From: Eledone cirrhosa
Taxonomy: Eukaryota
NCBI GenBank assembly: GCA_964016885.1
Contig: OZ024764.1
Span: forward strand, 682,001-746,000
DNA: 64,000 nucleotides
Direction of reading: 5' to 3'
A program made the position numbers and the translations under genes. Below the pieces are notes generated by a model. The model was not told the DNA's origin, ran no database searches, and worked only from the letters and a program-made list of their open reading frames with translations. Positions within the stretch are counted from its first letter, which is position 1. Every line of letters starts with the position of its first letter. Of the stretch, positions 60,820 through 64,000 are shown in pieces.

Positions 60820-61770
60820 TATATTTCTATTTATTGCCACTAGGGCGCAAAAGAAGGGGACAAATACAAGGGGGTGAGTTTACACAAAAAGGCGAGTAAA
60901 GAAAACAAGTAACAAATATAAAATTAACAGTAAAGTCCTCAATAGGGAGGAGGCGTTTTTGGGGGTCGCACACACCCCCGAAAAAAGTGTGCAACCCTTC
61001 TCAGGAGCACAGAGAGGGGGTGCTCCCTTGTTCCTTCATCTTTTCCACCTACAGGCTGATGTAGAGAGAAGGTCCATTCACACGGGCCATTCTCGCCACT
61101 TTCACCCATCTTTCATAAAAATGACTGGGGTAGAGCACCTCTCTCTCCATCCTGATCCTTCTTCCGAAATGGTATCAGAAGAAACGGACCAGTTGTTGGC
61201 CAGAGAGAAAGGTGTCTGACCTCAGTCCTTTCAGACGCGTCCACCATACAACCTCTTTCGCCATGGCTATTACGCACAGAAACACCGCCTCTCCTTCGTT
61301 TTTGAAGGGGGGAGGCGGCTTGATCGTTACAATAGACTCGGTGGTCAACTGGATCGGTCCCACCCTTGACAGCAGTCGTTCGACATAGCCCCACAGATCG
61401 GCTACGCCCGAGCAGTGTACCAATGCGTGTGCAACGGTTTCCTCGTCGCACACGCACCTGGGATAGATCTTTTTGGCGAGGTCCCTACCTGGGCGCCCGT
61501 GTCTGTAGAGCTTTTCTCGAACGGGTAGAGCTCCTCGGTAGCACTGCCAGGCCAGGGACTTCTGGGAGTTGTCCATAGGTCCCGAGCTGAATGTCCTACC
61601 GAACAGGCTGGCCAGTTCGTCTTCCTCCATGTCTAGGGCTTCTCCGAGGGCGTCTTCGCACCTGCTGCGTACCAGCCCTCTATGCTCCACAACTGGCCTT
61701 ATTTGGGTCAGAACTTCGATGCTCGTTCCACTGAACACGTCGACGGATGCCTTCCCTATTAAAATTAGGT
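60820..61770 (-). mobile_element. Tx1 3' end (CTD + 3' UTR) joined to an ~85-bp ORF1 piece
   Basis: ORF 61175-61738 runs from FSGTSIEVLTQIRP (ORF1) into RGLVRSRCEDALGE...ETVAHALVHC. Confidence 0.9.
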
Positions 61771-62000
61771 TGTAATATCAAGGTCTTCGCCTGCATCACC
61801 GATGATTATCGCTAATTGATGAAACATGTCATAACAATCTCTTGACACTCGACTTTTCCATGCTTCTAGCTTTCGTTTCTGTCCGTCGATCTTGTCTGCC
61901 ATTGTAAAACACGAAGCCATCCTTCCCTGCATGGAGGGGTTGAGATCATTAAAGATGGCAAAGATATCAGCCAAATAAGCCAGCTTGGCTAGCCAATCCA
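61771..62000 (-). mobile_element. hAT (Charlie/Buster-type) transposase fragment
   Basis: WLAKLAYLADIFAIFNDLNPSMQG...KRKLEAW is the conserved LAYLxDIFxxLNxLNxxLQG block. Confidence 0.88.
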
Positions 62001-62775
62001 CATCATCATCATCATCATCAGTGGCAGTCTCAGGAGGTGAAGCTTAATGCACCGGGGAGTTATGTCTAATCACTGGTGACGTCTGCTGTGACTGTGCAGG
62101 CCGATGCATGAGTGACAGTCCTTGTTGCACTTGGTGTAGATATATGTAGAACCCTCGGTTGTTGATATGTCTGCGATGTGCTTTATCCGGTCCCTTTTTT
62201 TCTGCTGCAATTGATCTCTTTTCACATCTGCATCCGTGATGCCCTTGTCGACAGTCTTAAACAGGCAGGGGCAACCTTTTTCAAGCAGTGAGCTGCATAG
62301 GATGTGGCCCATCATATGATTCAATTTTGGAATTAGGAGTGCCATTCAAAACGCCAGACGGGCCGCGTGTGGCTTGAGGGCTGTGGACTGCCTGGTCTAA
62401 CGCCAGGTCCTGCGTCTCCCCCCAGGAGGGATGTTGCAGGCTTTCATGTTTCTCTAGAAGTAGGAGAGTCTAGTTACTGGCAATGTTGGCTCCAGACTGG
62501 GCATGTTGGTGGTCCTGTCAGCCAGTATCTGTTGTGTGGTCTTTAACATACATAGGGGTTGCATTGACGAACATTACACTCTGGTATTTATTTCTATCAT
62601 ACCATGAGTTGATTTTATTTGCCTTATTCCTGATCCTTTCGATCCTGTTCCAAAATGTGCTCCTGTACAGGGGCACTCATTGTGAAGGGCCGTCCACGTT
62701 CCTGTGCCAGTGCGCTGCCAACAGGACTGGTTTTAAATAGAATAAGATAGAGTTGACACTGACGCAGCCCTTGCG
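62001..62775 (-). mobile_element. RTE-clade LINE 3' end with (ATG)n tail
   Basis: C-terminal CNKDCHSCIGLHSHSRRH zinc finger; (CAT)6+ tail at 62001-62020 on the plus strand. Confidence 0.85.
62262..62394. mobile_element. Small hAT-type MITE inside the RTE
   Basis: TIR caggcag/ctgcctg. Flanks gtcttaaa / gtctaacg resemble a decayed 8-bp TSD. Internal ggccgcgtgtggc motif. Confidence 0.55.
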
Positions 62776-62778
62776 CAG

Positions 62779-64000
62779 GTGGTGCCTTATTCTCAATCCT
62801 TTCTATCCTGTTCCATAATTTGCTCCTATATATGGGTCGAGTCCCTTTCGCATCATTTCCTACATTTTTTGTTTTCTGTTCTAACTATATTATATCTCTA
62901 CACGCTTACACGGCCATCTACATCACCTCTCGATTACCATCTTCACCAGTCTTATCCTGTAGGATTTCAACCACCAGCTCAACCCCGAATCAATTCGCCG
63001 TGACCGACTTTTTCACTTTTCCCCAAACTCTCTCCCAAAACTTTTTCTCTCAGTCTCCCATTTTTCTGTTTGTAGTTCCATACATGTTTATGATAATTTT
63101 GTATTGATTTTTTCCTCCCCCATCTCTGTTTATCCTATTTGCATTCACCCCTTTCGTTCCACTTCCCCCTTGCACCACACGGTACTCCTCTCCTCCACCG
63201 CACCCACCATGCCCAGCCTGAAATCCTTCCTCCACCAACTCCACACCACCCGCCTTAAACACTTCCTCGGCCCTCCAACTCTCCTCTTCGTGAACACCCG
63301 GCATTCCAGCCCCCCCCCCCCCCCCCCCCACGGCTTCCGACTGCACTCCTCATGTCTCCACCATCCGCGACCTTCACTTCAAACTCTCCCAACACTCCAT
63401 CCTCCTCTTCTTCCTCACCTCCACCAAAGCCCTTAATCTACACTCACCCCCCCCCCTCCATATCACCCTCCCCCACACACACTTTTCACCACACCCTTTG
63501 ACCTCGCCCTCTCCACACCTGACCAACGACCATCTCCTTGGACGCCGGCGCCTGCCGTAGCACAGGAAGTCTCCTCGCACTCACTCCGCAGCCAAGATGA
63601 CATCGTCATCAAACGCGCGGACAAGGGAGGTGCAGTGGTGATGTGGCGCCCTGACCTCTACACGGCCGAAGCCCTCGGGCTGTTCCGTACCGCCCTCTAC
63701 CAACACCTCGTCTCCTCCCTGCCACCTCATCGTCTGCACCCCCACCACCTACTTCCTCCCCAACATTCACAACCCCGTCCCATCGTCTCTGCCTGCAACT
63801 GGCCCACACAGCTCATCTCCGCCTATCTTGACTCCACCCTCCTCCCACATCTCCAACCACGCCCTTCGCCTGTTCGTCTCCCTCACTTTCCCACCCTCCT
63901 CTTCACCCTACATGTCAAGTCCCTCTATACTGTCATCTCCCACGACGACGTCCTGCGTGCTCCAGCAAAACCTCGACCTTTCTCCCCCCATCCCCTGCAC
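62779..64000 (+). mobile_element. Degenerate Penelope-like RT on the plus strand
   Basis: Manual translation gives VPYSQSFLSCSIICS (62779), DDIVIKRADKGGAVVMWRPDLYTAEA (~63595), YFLPNIHNP and LFTLHVKSLYTVISHDD (~63900). C-rich. Confidence 0.8.

Overview
This is eukaryotic (animal) DNA, probably cephalopod/Octopus judging from SINE-like repeats recognised from memory. No host protein-coding gene was found. The window is an almost gap-free mosaic of broken transposable elements: Penelope-like retroelements (one Neptune/Poseidon-type, several Naiad-type), piggyBac, an R2-like LINE 3' end, about ten diverged Tx1/L1-clade LINE families, a Helitron with a Ulp1-like protease domain, hAT and RTE pieces, plus SINEs/MITEs. 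From ~640 to ~62,775 every protein-coding TE fragment I could identify lies on the minus strand, whatever its class. This is the architecture of a uni-strand, flamenco-like piRNA cluster that would be transcribed from the plus strand (inference; needs small-RNA data). Other notable points: (i) the Tx1 elements form a head-to-tail array joined at GATA/GACA microsatellites, suggesting microsatellite targeting; (ii) their 5' UTRs share covarying hairpins; (iii) a type I hammerhead ribozyme lies at 9173-9314 (-); (iv) there are recent 7.6/8.3-kb and 1.7-kb tandem duplications, the latter containing an in-frame ORF1-RT fusion. Element boundaries were placed by eye and are approximate.
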